In this document: one piece after another, positions 25,501-36,606 of the stretch
Layout: each line of letters begins with the position of its first letter
Numbering within the stretch: the stretch's first letter is position 1
From: Basidiobolus meristosporus CBS 931.73
Lineage: Eukaryota > Fungi > Basidiobolomycota
DNA: 60,427 nt
Direction of reading: 5' to 3'
Assembly (NCBI GenBank): GCA_002104905.1
Contig: MCFE01000541.1
Location: 1 to 60,427 of the forward strand
The notes under the pieces: model-generated
Told to the model about the DNA's origin: nothing
The model's database searches: none
The model's input: the letters and a program-made list of their open reading frames with translations, nothing else
Made by a program: the position numbers and the translations under genes

Positions 25501-25999
25501 TCACTAATATCCTCAATCTTAGGCTCAAAATATATTATAGGCAGTAATTGTCACTCCAACAGCAGTGTTCTGACCTTCTGTTGACTATTGGGCTTATGTA
25601 CCTTTATAATATCTATTCCTTGATTGGGTGTCACTTTCCTTTCTGAGAAGAAACTTCCTAATATGTGAATTCTGAACTCCCCTTTAACCTAAAGGGGTGT
25701 TTTTTGAGTAAAGGGGTTTCTTAGAGGGGACTTTTCCTACATAAAAGTGGAAGTTTTCTTGTAGAACTTATATTGGTTTCTGGTGAGCTTTGCAGTCTCT
25801 TTACTGATGTAGTAACAATCAAAGTCAGAGTACTCAGCAGTGCAAGTGATGCAGAGGAAGTCTTATAGCCATTTAACTTGTAGTTGTAGTGTGGAAATTC
25901 TAGAAAGAGAGGCGCTCCTTTAGTTTTCAGCTGGGGAAGTCATATATATGCAAATTCTGAAGGATCAAAGTTTTTGGGCAATTGCGCAAGCAATATACG

Positions 26000-26960
26000 T
26001 GATACAAAACTAAGACTTTGCAGTGGTGCAGATCTGACATATACACAGCACATGTAAAATCTCATATGATTTGACTAGCTGGTCCAAAAGCTACATGCAA
26101 TTGAAGTCACCATAGAAATTCTAGCAATAGATGCCTAGTATATATGACAATTGGACTCTTTTGATTGTAACTCCTTAGGTACTCCTTCAAATGTGCTGTA
26201 CTTTGAAGCATGTGTTGGCTACTGAGTGTTCTGCATGAAATAATATTCTGGGGTGGATTACTTCTCAGGGTCTAGAGCATTTGTCTTTCAAAGTTGGAAA
26301 CTCTTGATCTATCACCTCTGTGTTACAATAGTAAAAAGCAAAATAAAGAAATGAGTGCAATATTGGTGTTGAGACATGTAGTAATGGAATACATTCCATT
26401 ACCACAAGTCTCCCCTAACTTTGAGAAATAATGCCCTGATTATTACTTCCACATGGAACTTCTTCAATCTGTGACCAGGTTGTGCAAGTGTGAGTGGTGT
26501 ACTCTCAAGTTCTGCTAGCTTATAAGACCCATTTTTGTTTGCATGTATGATTCTGTGGGGACCTTGTCATTGCATGGCCAATTTGGATGCCTTGTTTCTT
26601 TGGCTCTTAGTATTTTGAAGTAGTATCAACTCATCTACTTCAGGAGAAGTTTTTCTAAGGCATTTTTGACTGTCAAGGTACTTGCTACCAGCCATTATGG
26701 GCTTCTTCAGGTTTTCTGTTGCATTCTTTTGCGGAGTACAAGCTTGTTGAATCTGTTGCACTCTTGCTAGCAATAGCTCTGATGTTGTCATGGCTGGTTT
26801 TGATGGGAGTGTAAGCCAATTCTCAAAAGATATGTTTATTGGCAAAACAGCTTCATGTCCATATATTAAAAAAATGGTGCATACCCTGTGCTTCTTTTAA
26901 CTGTGACTCTATCAGCCCAAATTGCTTCATAAAAGTTATTTGCCCATGTGTTGGGTTCTA
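26000..26960 (-). mobile_element. Gypsy (G5) integrase C-terminus, PPT and probable LTR remnant
   Basis: VDELILLQN..KL, then YKLAELES..RLKKFH. Purine tract AGGGGAGACT before an LTR-like end at 26406. Left boundary approximate. Confidence 0.5.
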
Positions 26961-26999
26961 CATATGGTATGCTAAGAAAGTAACTTAAGAATAGCAGAA

Positions 27000-28453
27000 A
27001 CTATCAAAGGTAGAAGAACAAGGGTGCCATGGCTAAAAACCAATGGCTTCCTCAAGAGCCCATCACAAGCAGGGCCAAAAGCTCCAGAGAAGCATCAAAG
27101 AGATGTCAGGTAGTTGGAAGAGTGTCAATTAGGAACATGCAGGCAGACAAGGATGCACCAGAACAACATTTATCAAGGAAAAGTATAGTACCCCTCAAGA
27201 AGCACTCAGTCAAAGTAGCAGTGAAGAACCTGGCAGTCACAAAAACCAGCAGCTTTTACAGGAGCCTGCCACAACCATGGTTGAGAGCTCAAAACAAGCA
27301 GAAAAGAAACATCAGGTTGCCGGAAGAGTGCCAGCAAGGGACAAGCTGGCCAAATCAGATGTGTCAGAGCAGAACCTATCAAGGAGAAAATGTAGTTTTC
27401 TACATGAAGCACTCAGACAAAGTAGCACTGAAAGACCTGTCAGTGATAAAGGAAAAGGTAAAGGCAAGAAGGTCTACCCCAGCCTGAGACAGGGAGGCAT
27501 GCAAAAAAAATTGCAGTTCTTGTCAATTAATGCCACAAGCCTGGAACAGCCTGAATCCCATCATAGCCTAGAAGAATAACCAACAAGAAACAGCTGTTTT
27601 CACAAGAGTTGAAAGTGCAGCCAGTTGAGCTACACTCCAACAAGGTAGATGAGTTTGCTGAAAAAGGCAATATGTCTACCACAGCCTCCACATCCTCCAT
27701 TTTTGACAGAGTGGAGATCCCACTGATAGACAAGGCTGCAACATCAAGAGCTCAAAAGACTATTGCAATGCCTTCAGTTGAATTCTGGAACATTAATATA
27801 CACACCAAGAGGTTATAGCACTTCTTCAAGAGCAGTGCTCAAGAAAACTCACTTGATATTGCAAAGACTTATTGCAAAGGCTGGCAGATGAGGTGCTAGA
27901 CCTTGCAGTGCCAGCTGAAGACTAGGATGTGTGGGAACCAGTAAATGAGCAGTGGCATAAAGCCATTGGGTTCCAGCCAAAGTTTTGGAACCAGAGCATT
28001 ACAGCAGAAATACTTATGGAGAGGTGGATTTTAATAGAGTTACCTGTTAAGTGCAGGGTTGGGCCTAATTTTAATGTAGGGTATAGGGACTTGTATAGAG
28101 CAATACAATTGGCAATTCAGGTTCTACTGAAGTTTCAACAAAAATGTATCCATTTGTATGCATGAAGAGTAAGAGACACGGTTGAGTCAGGAAGTAAGGA
28201 GTGTGAAAAAGAGGCAATAGCCAATCAATACACACCAATGTAGGAGGTGATAGAGTGGCTGGGATCAGAAAGTGAGCAACCTGGCAGGGAACCAACCAAA
28301 AACCACTTATACATTGTTGCAATGAAAAATCTTGACCAAGTGCATTGTGAAATCTGGGGTGCAATTATTTTTCATCAGTCTCTGGACAGTGTCTTAATAG
28401 GATCAGTAACTCTTAGTCACAGGACTCTAACTTTGTGACAGCTGTTTGACAGG
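27000..28453 (+). pseudogene. Second (accessory) ORF and right end of CMC element copy 1
   Basis: Homologous to ~47500-48960. Both copies stop being alike at the same motif (tcttagtcacaggact..tttgtgacag..tttga..gg). Confidence 0.55.
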
Positions 28454-28489
28454 ATCTTTACAATAGTCTTTCATAGGGATCTTGATGTA

Positions 28490-30530
28490 ACAGGCATCCT
28501 TTGACACAGGCCTAAATCTGAAAAAGCTTTCTTTACCATATTGCTTCTTTTGTAGCTTCACAGGTTGGCATATACACTGCCTCTCTGGTGGAAAGTGTTA
28601 TGGTTGGTTGCTTTCTTGAGTTCCATGGAATTACTCCTTGACAGTAAAGAATGATGTATCCTGTGATGGATCTTCTGATTTCTAAATCTGTCCCAATGCG
28701 CATCATAATATCCCACAAGATCCTGTTCTTGATCCTAATTAGTGGATCTTAAACAGATATCAGCAGTTTGTTTTAGGTATCTAAAAATCTGCTTAACAGC
28801 CACAATATGATCAGATCCATAGTTTAGATTATGCCAGCTGCCAACTCCCACTGAATATGAGATATCTGGACATATTCCAAGCATGCTAAACATCAGACTG
28901 CTAACCATAGATACATAAGGAAAGCTAGGACTTCCACATGTCACTAAACTCTCTTGATTTGGCTGATTTTGACCAAGTTATGGTTTGTCTCCATTGGGGT
29001 GGCTGCCAGTTTACAGTCTTCCATTTGGTACTTCTGTAGTATTTCTTGAATATACTGGGATTGTCTTAGAGTGATAGTCTGGGCACTTCTCACTATGGAG
29101 AACTTCATCCCTAAGTAGTAACTGAGTTCTCCTAGATCAGACATCATGAATTCCTTATCTAGGCTGGATTTAGACTCTTCCAATGTTTCAAGGTTATTTG
29201 TGGCTTTGTTAAAGTCATCCAGATATGAAGCTAATAGAGCTGGACTTGCCCTATCTGGCTTATAGTATACAGTATAGCTGATACTATTCCACTTGAAATC
29301 AAAGAGTCCAAATAGGAATTTATTTTACAATTAAAGGCGCTTTGTGGTTGTTTGAATTCAAATAGAGACTTTTTAAGCTTGCAGACCAAATGGGTGTTAT
29401 CTTGGTCAACAAGCCCATCAGGCTGGTCCATATACACATCCTCATCAGGTTTTCAATTAAAAAATGCAGCATATGCATACATGTGATGAATAAAAAACTT
29501 GTATTTGGCTGCAATAGCCAATATCAATGTGATGGTATTGAACTTGACTACTTATGCCAGGGTCTCAATGGAGTCAAGTCCCTTTGTTTGAGAGTATCTT
29601 ATGACCCCAAGTGTTGTTTGAATCTTTCAACTGCACCATGAGCCTTGTACTTTGTCTTAAAAACCCATCTCCATCCAATTGATTTTTGGTTGATTGGTAA
29701 TTTGACCAAGTCCCAAGTTTGATTTTCCATCAGGGTCTGCTATTCCTTGGTCTTTGCAGATCTCCAAAGCTTGGCCTGAGGGATATTTAGGGCTTCTTGT
29801 ACAGTCTGGGCCTCATCAATATGGACTGAATAGGCATATGTTAAGTTTGTCCCCTCATTGATATAGTAATTTGTGCAATTTCTTGGCTGGTTGGATCTCC
29901 AGGCATTTGATACTCAAATGATTGCTCCTAGAATATTCCTGAGCACTGATTCTGGCTGACCTGCAGTTATAGAGCCCTCTGGAGTGAAAAAATCTTGATT
30001 GTTTTGCTCTGATTTAATGCTGACAGTTGGTGGATTTGAGAGCGGATATTTGTCCTCCTCTCATGTCATCTTTTGTCAAAACTTTGAATTTTCATCAAAC
30101 AACACTTCCCTGGACTTGATCAGCTTCTTTGCTTTGATGTTGTAGAGTCTGTATGCATTACTCACATCTCAGTGGCCCAAAATTATGCATTTTACACATT
30201 TGGGCTAAATTTTTCACTGCTTTACAGTCAGTTTCTTAGCATATACTGTACCTTAAAATATATTTAGATGTTCTGCTCTTGGTCTGTGCCCATACCATGC
30301 TTCAAGTGGAGTAGAATCACAAAGTATTCTATTATAACTCCTATTATAGAGGGATACAGCTTAGGCAACTGATTCCATCCAAAAATCATGGGCTAATTTT
30401 TGATTGTTCAGCATAGATTGTGCCATATCATTTATTGATCTGTTTGCACATTCTGCTACTCCCTGTTGCTTTGGGGAGTATAGTACAGTAGTTTCTTGCT
30501 TCATTTCATGAACTTTGTTAAAGTGGATGA
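28490..30530 (-). mobile_element. Degenerate copia family C pol (integrase-RT-RNase H)
   Basis: MLGICPDIS, SDLGELSYYLG and KQPTITLST motifs; many stops. Confidence 0.85.
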
Positions 30531-30547
30531 AGAGTGTTGAGGTTTAT

Positions 30548-33500
30548 TTGCATTATCATCACCCAATAAGATCCTACCTAATATATCTATTTCTGGCTGA
30601 TAAGGATCTGCTGCTTCATTTGCTGACTAATGCTACTGATTTGATAGATAATACTGATATACTGATAAGCAAAGCATATAAATGATTATTTGACTAAAAA
30701 CTGATCTAACTTAAACATTCAAGCGGCAGATCATAACATTCTCCCCTGCTAAAGCTGAGAGGGTTCTCCTGGATCTCTTTTCTTGTAATACCAATATCTT
30801 GATGGCTCAGTATTATCAGCAAATCTTGCAAGTTTGAGTCTGTCCCTATGCATTAAGTCTTCACGGATATTGCCTTGTTTGTCCACTAGTTGGTAAGTTG
30901 CAAATGAACATTCTCTGATGATCTTGAATGGTCCTGTCCGTTGTGGCTCAAACTTCTTCCAAGTGTTATTTCTTAGCAATACAAAGTTCCCAACTGTCAA
31001 TGCTTCTGGTGCTATAGACTTATCAAATCTCTGCTTCATATTTTCTGCACTCTGAGATACTTTGGTTTGTGCCTCTTGACGTCTTTGTTCCAGTTGCTGG
31101 TGTCTACTTGGCTGACTAAGTTCTTCCTCTAAGGCATCTGTAAGCCTGGGTTGTAGGAGATCTCCTGGAATCCTTGTTTCACATCCATACACTAAGTAAA
31201 ATGGTGATTGTTGGGTGGTATTGTGCACTCTAACTCTGCAGGCAAAAAGAGCTGGATCTATATACTCCTCCCATCTGCTGACAGCTCCATTTACATACTT
31301 GGTCAGAATTTTTCCAAATAATCAATTAAGGCGTTCAGTGACTCCATTAGTTCTGGGGAGATATGCCAAGGTTTTGAAGTGTTTAATCTGCTGCATTTCC
31401 AGGCAAGCCACTAATGTATTTGCCATAAACTTTGCTCCTCTATTTGATATGATCTCCACAGGGCATCCAAGCTTCATCAGTATCTCATGGTAAATGAAAC
31501 TTGCAACTTCTTGTTCACTGGCTATTGGTGCAGCTTTAGTAATGGGCATTTAGTGGCATGGTCAATTGCCACTAGGATCCAATGGTTGCATTTCCTGGTG
31601 GTTGGCAGTCTTCCAATAAAGTCAATTCCCCATCTCTCAAATGGTCTTACATGCTCCAAAGGGAAGAGTTTGGCAATTCTTTGTGGCTGGCCTTGATTGA
31701 TTTGGCAGTTTGGGCAAGTTTTCACTAGCTTCTCAATATCTTGTTTCATTCTGGGCACCATGCTCTGGCATTCACAAGGCTATAGGTTCCTTCAATACCA
31801 AGATGTCCATATCCATTGTGTAGCCTATGTATTAAATCCAGGCAAGCAATATACGGACAATAGTCAATAGGGCTTCCATCAACAAATTGGTAGAGTGTTT
31901 CATCCTGTACAACAGATTTGCTGGCTTCATCCCATATTATCTTCTTCATCTCTTCATCCACCTCATTAGAAATGGCTTGGTCCTCCAAGTATTGTGGTAA
32001 TAAGCTAGGCCAATCTGATTCATGCACCAAATTGGGTTGTGCCACTTGTCCTAGTCTTGATAAGGCATCAGCAACCGTGTTGGTTTTCCCAGGGCAGTAG
32101 ACAATATCCAAGTCAAATTGCTGAATGTATTCACTCCATCTTGTCATTCTTCTGGATAGAACCTTCTGAGTAAATATATACTTTAGTGAGGCATGATCAG
32201 TCTTTACAGTGCATTTGACTCCTTCAATATGGCATCTCCATGTCTTCAGGCAGTGTATTATAGCAAGCATCTCCTTCTCATGCATAGGATAATTTTGTTC
32301 TGCTGAGTTCAGTTTCTTGGATTTGAAGGCAACTGGGTAGTCCATTCACTTGTGTTCTTGGCTCAGTACTCCACCAAATGCATAATCTGAAGCATCTGTG
32401 CACAGGGTAAACTCTTTTCTGAAGTCAGGTATTTTTAAGCTTGGCAGCTTAGTAAGTTCATTCTTGAGCGTCTGAAATGCAGTCCCACAGGCTATGTCCT
32501 ACTTGTAGGTGTTGTCTTTCTTGAGGATATCAGTTAAAGGGGCTGCAATGCTTGCAAAGGACTTGACAAATCTCCAATAATAGGATGCCATTCCAAGGAA
32601 TGCTCTGAGTTCTGATATGCTATGGGGCTGCTACAGATTCATGACAACATCAACCTTCTTGGGGTCTAAGGTCACTCCTGTGCTAGTCACTATGTGTCCC
32701 AGATATTCAACATGTTCCTTAAAGAATTCACACTTGGCTAGTTTTCCTTATAGCTTGTTCTCTCTTAGCTTCTTCAAGACCTTTTCAATGTGTACCAAGT
32801 GATCCTCTTCTGTCTTGCTGTATATCAGTATATCATCTAGGGAGATTATCACAAACTTGTCTAAGTACTCCTGGAAGACAGTCTGCATCAGGGTCATGAA
32901 TGTTGCAGGGGCATTGGTAAGGCCAAAACTTATGAACAAGTACTTGTAATGTCCATATCTGGTCCTAAATTCTGTCTTAGGGATATCTTCTGGTTCCACC
33001 CTAATCTGATTGTATCCTGACATGGGGTTAATCTTGCTGAATATAGTGGCTCCATTAAGTTGGTCCAAAAGCTCATCAAACTGAGGTATGGGGTACTTAT
33101 TCTTCACAGTAACTGAGTTGGGGCTCTGTAGTCAATGAACATCCTAAGTGTTCCATCCTGCTTTTTCACAAAAAGCACCGGTGCTCCCCATGGTGACTTG
33201 CTGAGTCTGATGTATCCTTGCTCCAATAGCTGATCAATTTGTCTCTTCATTTCCTCCAATTCCAATGGACTCATTCTGTAAGGTGTCTTGCTCACTGGAG
33301 GGCTATCTCCTGTGTCAATGGTATTATCCACGTCTCTGACTGGTGGTAGGTTTATATGCTTGTCTGGAAACATGTCTGAATATTTCTTCAAGAGAGTCTG
33401 GACCTGCTGGGGTGCTGGGGTAGAGGAATCCTCCTGTAATATTGCCGTGAGGAACATCTGAGTACCTTTTCTAAGTGCTCTACAGAACTGTGTCTTGCTA

Positions 33501-35043
33501 AGTTCACTTATCTCACACATGCTGGAATTGACCAAGTTGAAATCCAGCCTGGCAGGTAATAGCTCATAGGTCTTGTTGTCCTTTTTGATCCAAGCAGCAT
33601 GGGTTCTGCAGTTGATTGATGGATCACAACAAAATAACCAGGTTTTTCCAAGTACAAGGTCAAACTTGCAGTTCCCAAATATATAAACCTGTAGGTCTTC
33701 TTCATAGTCATTGATCTTCATTCTTACTGGCTGGGTGATATGGTTGATTATGTGAGAGTTCCCATCAGCTGTGGAGACTGAAGTTGATTTGGTAGGTTCC
33801 AAGTTGATTCCAGCTTTCAAGGCAAATTGTTCTGACATGTATTCATGTGATGCTCCTGAGTCAATCGTGATTTTGGCAGGTACTCCATTGATTACTCCAT
33901 TTAAGTGCAATAACTTCCCTGAGTTTTAGGTAATTTGGGACAAGTACTCTTCTGTCATATGGAAGGTGAGTTCCAAGTCTTCTTCAGGCTCATCCTCCAC
34001 ATTACTGTGTTCATGGGACTCAATATGGTTGAAGGTTCTTGTTGGCTGGTGTCCATTTCTTCTATGGGGGCAGTACCTTGAGATGTGTCCTTGCTGGTGG
34101 CAGTTGAAATAAAGTCCTTTCTTCCTGCATTCTTCTGAGGTGGGGTTCTTCTGCATAGCATCTATTTCCATTGGTACTGCTTCTGACTGTCTTCTTTCAT
34201 AATTATTGTAGCCTTTCTGATTAGTCACTGTAGGCTTCCCAACTCCAAACATAGCTGAGTCATAGTCAATGGCAATCTTGATGGCTCCTTCAATAGTCAG
34301 AGGCCTTTGATAATTCACTTCCTTGCAAGTTCTTTCTTTCAGCCCATCAATAAATATTCAACTTGATCCAGGGGGTCCATTCTTTCAATTTGTCCAAGTA
34401 GACATCTGTACTCATCGATGTATTCTTGAACCATTCCTTTCTGTCTTAGTGTCTTTAACTTACTTGTTAGTAGTGTCTGCTGATGTGGAGGTTCAAAAGC
34501 ATCCTGAATTTCCAACACAAACACATCCCTGGTAGAGATTGTAGAGCATCCCATCATAGTGGCTGACCTGATCTTGTTGTGGTACCACTGTAAAGCTGCA
34601 TCTGCCAGGTAAGAAGCTGCATAATGCAACTTGCTTTCTGGAACAATTCCTTTAGCTGTAAAAGCTTCTTCAATCTGAAAGAGCCAAGTTCCCAGGTGTT
34701 CATTGACTCTGCCATGGTAGCATTGACCTTCACACTGAAGTTGCTCTTGACAGGGCTTTGCTGGCTCTGAGCCATGGTAGTCATTCCTTGTTGCTGTTGG
34801 CTGAGGATCTGGAGTAAATGTAGCTGTTGGGCCAGGATTTGCTACATGGGATTCCTCCATTCTTGATTGTCCAACATCTTGAGGGTGTTTTCTTCTTTCT
34901 TCAGGAGGGAGATTTCTGGTTATTGCTGCTAGCAATGTTACTAGTCTTGGTATAAGAGTTGTAGAGGATTAGGGAGTTTAGCCTGTATTGTATTTCCTAA
35001 ACTTGAACTGATATTTATTGAGGTTCCAGCAGCTCCTTATATA
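30548..35043 (-). mobile_element. Gypsy family G4 element (partial 3' LTR 30548-30738, pol, gag, U5-R half of 5' LTR 34936-35043); no chromodomain
   Basis: TIDSGAS, RT with SLDD, TDASDYA, WGIDFIG, TGPFKI, zinc knuckle FNCHQQGHISRYC. Purine tract AGGGGAGAA. Confidence 0.92.
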
Positions 35044-35305
35044 TGTTACAATCTGCCACTTGAATGTTTAAGTTAGATCAGTTTTTAGTTAAATTAACTA
35101 GTTATATGCTTAGCATATCAGTATACCAGTATTATCAATCAAGTCAGTAGAATTAGTCAGCAAATGATCAGCAGATCATTATCAGACAGAAATATATATA
35201 TAGGTAGGATCTTATTGGGTGATGATAATGCACTCAAATGAGTCATCAGCCACAGCCTACATCAGGAAATACAATCAGTCCGCAATTGATCTGGCAAAAT
35301 GTATT
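35044..35305 (+). repeat. Inverted U3 half of a G4 LTR
   Basis: Reverse complement of 35410-35671; starts at the LTR terminus TGTT and ends at the TATA box. Confidence 0.9.
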
Positions 35306-36011
35306 TGTTACAAGTCTTGGTATAAGAGTTGTTGAGGAATAGGGAGTTTAGCTAGTATTGTATTCACTAAACTTGACTGATCTTAATTGAGATTCCAGCA
35401 GCTCCTTATATACATTTTGCCAGATCAATAGCTGACTAATTGTATTTCCTAAAGTAGGATGTGGCAGATGACTCATCTGATTGCATTACCATCACCCAAT
35501 AAGTTACTATCAAATATATCTATTTCTGGCTGATAAGGATCTGCTGCTTCATTTGCTGACTAATGCTACTGATTTGATAGATAATACTGATATACTGATA
35601 AGCAAAGCATATAAATGATTATTTGACTAAAAACTGATCTAACTTAAACATTCAAGCGGCAGATCATAACATTCTCCCCTGCTAAAGCTGAGAGGGTTCT
35701 CCTGGATCTCTTTTCTTGTAGTACCAATATCTTGATGGTTCAGTATTATCAGCAAATCTTGCAAGTTTGAGTCTGTCCCTATGCATTAAGTCTTCACAGA
35801 TATTGCCTTGTTTGTCCACTAGTAGGTAAGTTGCAAATGGATATTCCCTGATGATCTTGAATGGTCCTGTCCGTTGTGGCTCAAACTTCCTCCAAGTGTT
35901 ATTTCTTAGCAATACAAAGTTCCCAACTGTCAATGCTTCTGGTGCTATAGTCTTATCAAATCTCTGCTTAATCTTTTCTGCACTTTGAGATACTTTGGTC
36001 TGTGCCTCTTG
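35306..36011 (-). mobile_element. Complete G4 LTR (35306-35671, 366 bp), PPT and integrase C-terminus
   Basis: TGTTACA...CATAACA termini. 35481-36011 is nearly identical to 30548-31078. Confidence 0.92.
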
Positions 36012-36606
36012 GTTTCAATGTGCACCAAGCAATCCTCTTCTGTCTTGCTGTATAAGAATATATCATCTAGGTAGATTATGACAAACTTGTCTAAGTACTC
36101 CTGGAAGACAGTCTGCATCAGGGTCATGAATGTTGCAGGGGCATTGGTGGGGCCAAGACTCATGAATAAGTACTTGTAATGTCCATATCTGGTCCTGAAT
36201 GCTGTTTTATGGATGTCTTCTGGCTTCACCCTAGTCTGGTTGTATCCTGACATGCGGTCAATCTTGCAGAAAATAGTAGCTCCATTGAGTCGGTCCAAGT
36301 GCTCATCAATCCAAGGTATGGGGTACTTATTCTTCATGGTAACTGAGTTGAGGGCTCAGTAGTCAATGCACATGCTAAGTGCTCCATCCTTCTTTTTCAC
36401 AAAAAGTACTGGTGCTTCCCAATGTGCTCCCCAAGGTGACATGCTGGGTCTGAATGTAGTAGTTCTATTGAGTTGGTCCAAAAGCTCATCAATCCAAGGT
36501 ATGGGGTACTTATTCTTCATGGTAACTGAGTTGAGGGCTCTGTAGTCAATGCCCATTATAAGTGTTCAATCCTTCTTCTGCACAAAAAGTACTGGTGCTC
36601 CCCAAG
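36012..36606 (-). repeat. Scrambled G4 RT N-terminal fragments with a ~160-bp tandem duplication
   Basis: MKNKYPIPWIDE occurs twice on the minus strand before the strand switch at 36607. Confidence 0.85.

Noticed and set aside
34920-34935. G4 PBS as tRNAi-Met 3'-end type (TTGCTAGCAGC)
   Set aside because: Only a partial match to TGGTAGC, from a single decayed copy; left unassigned.
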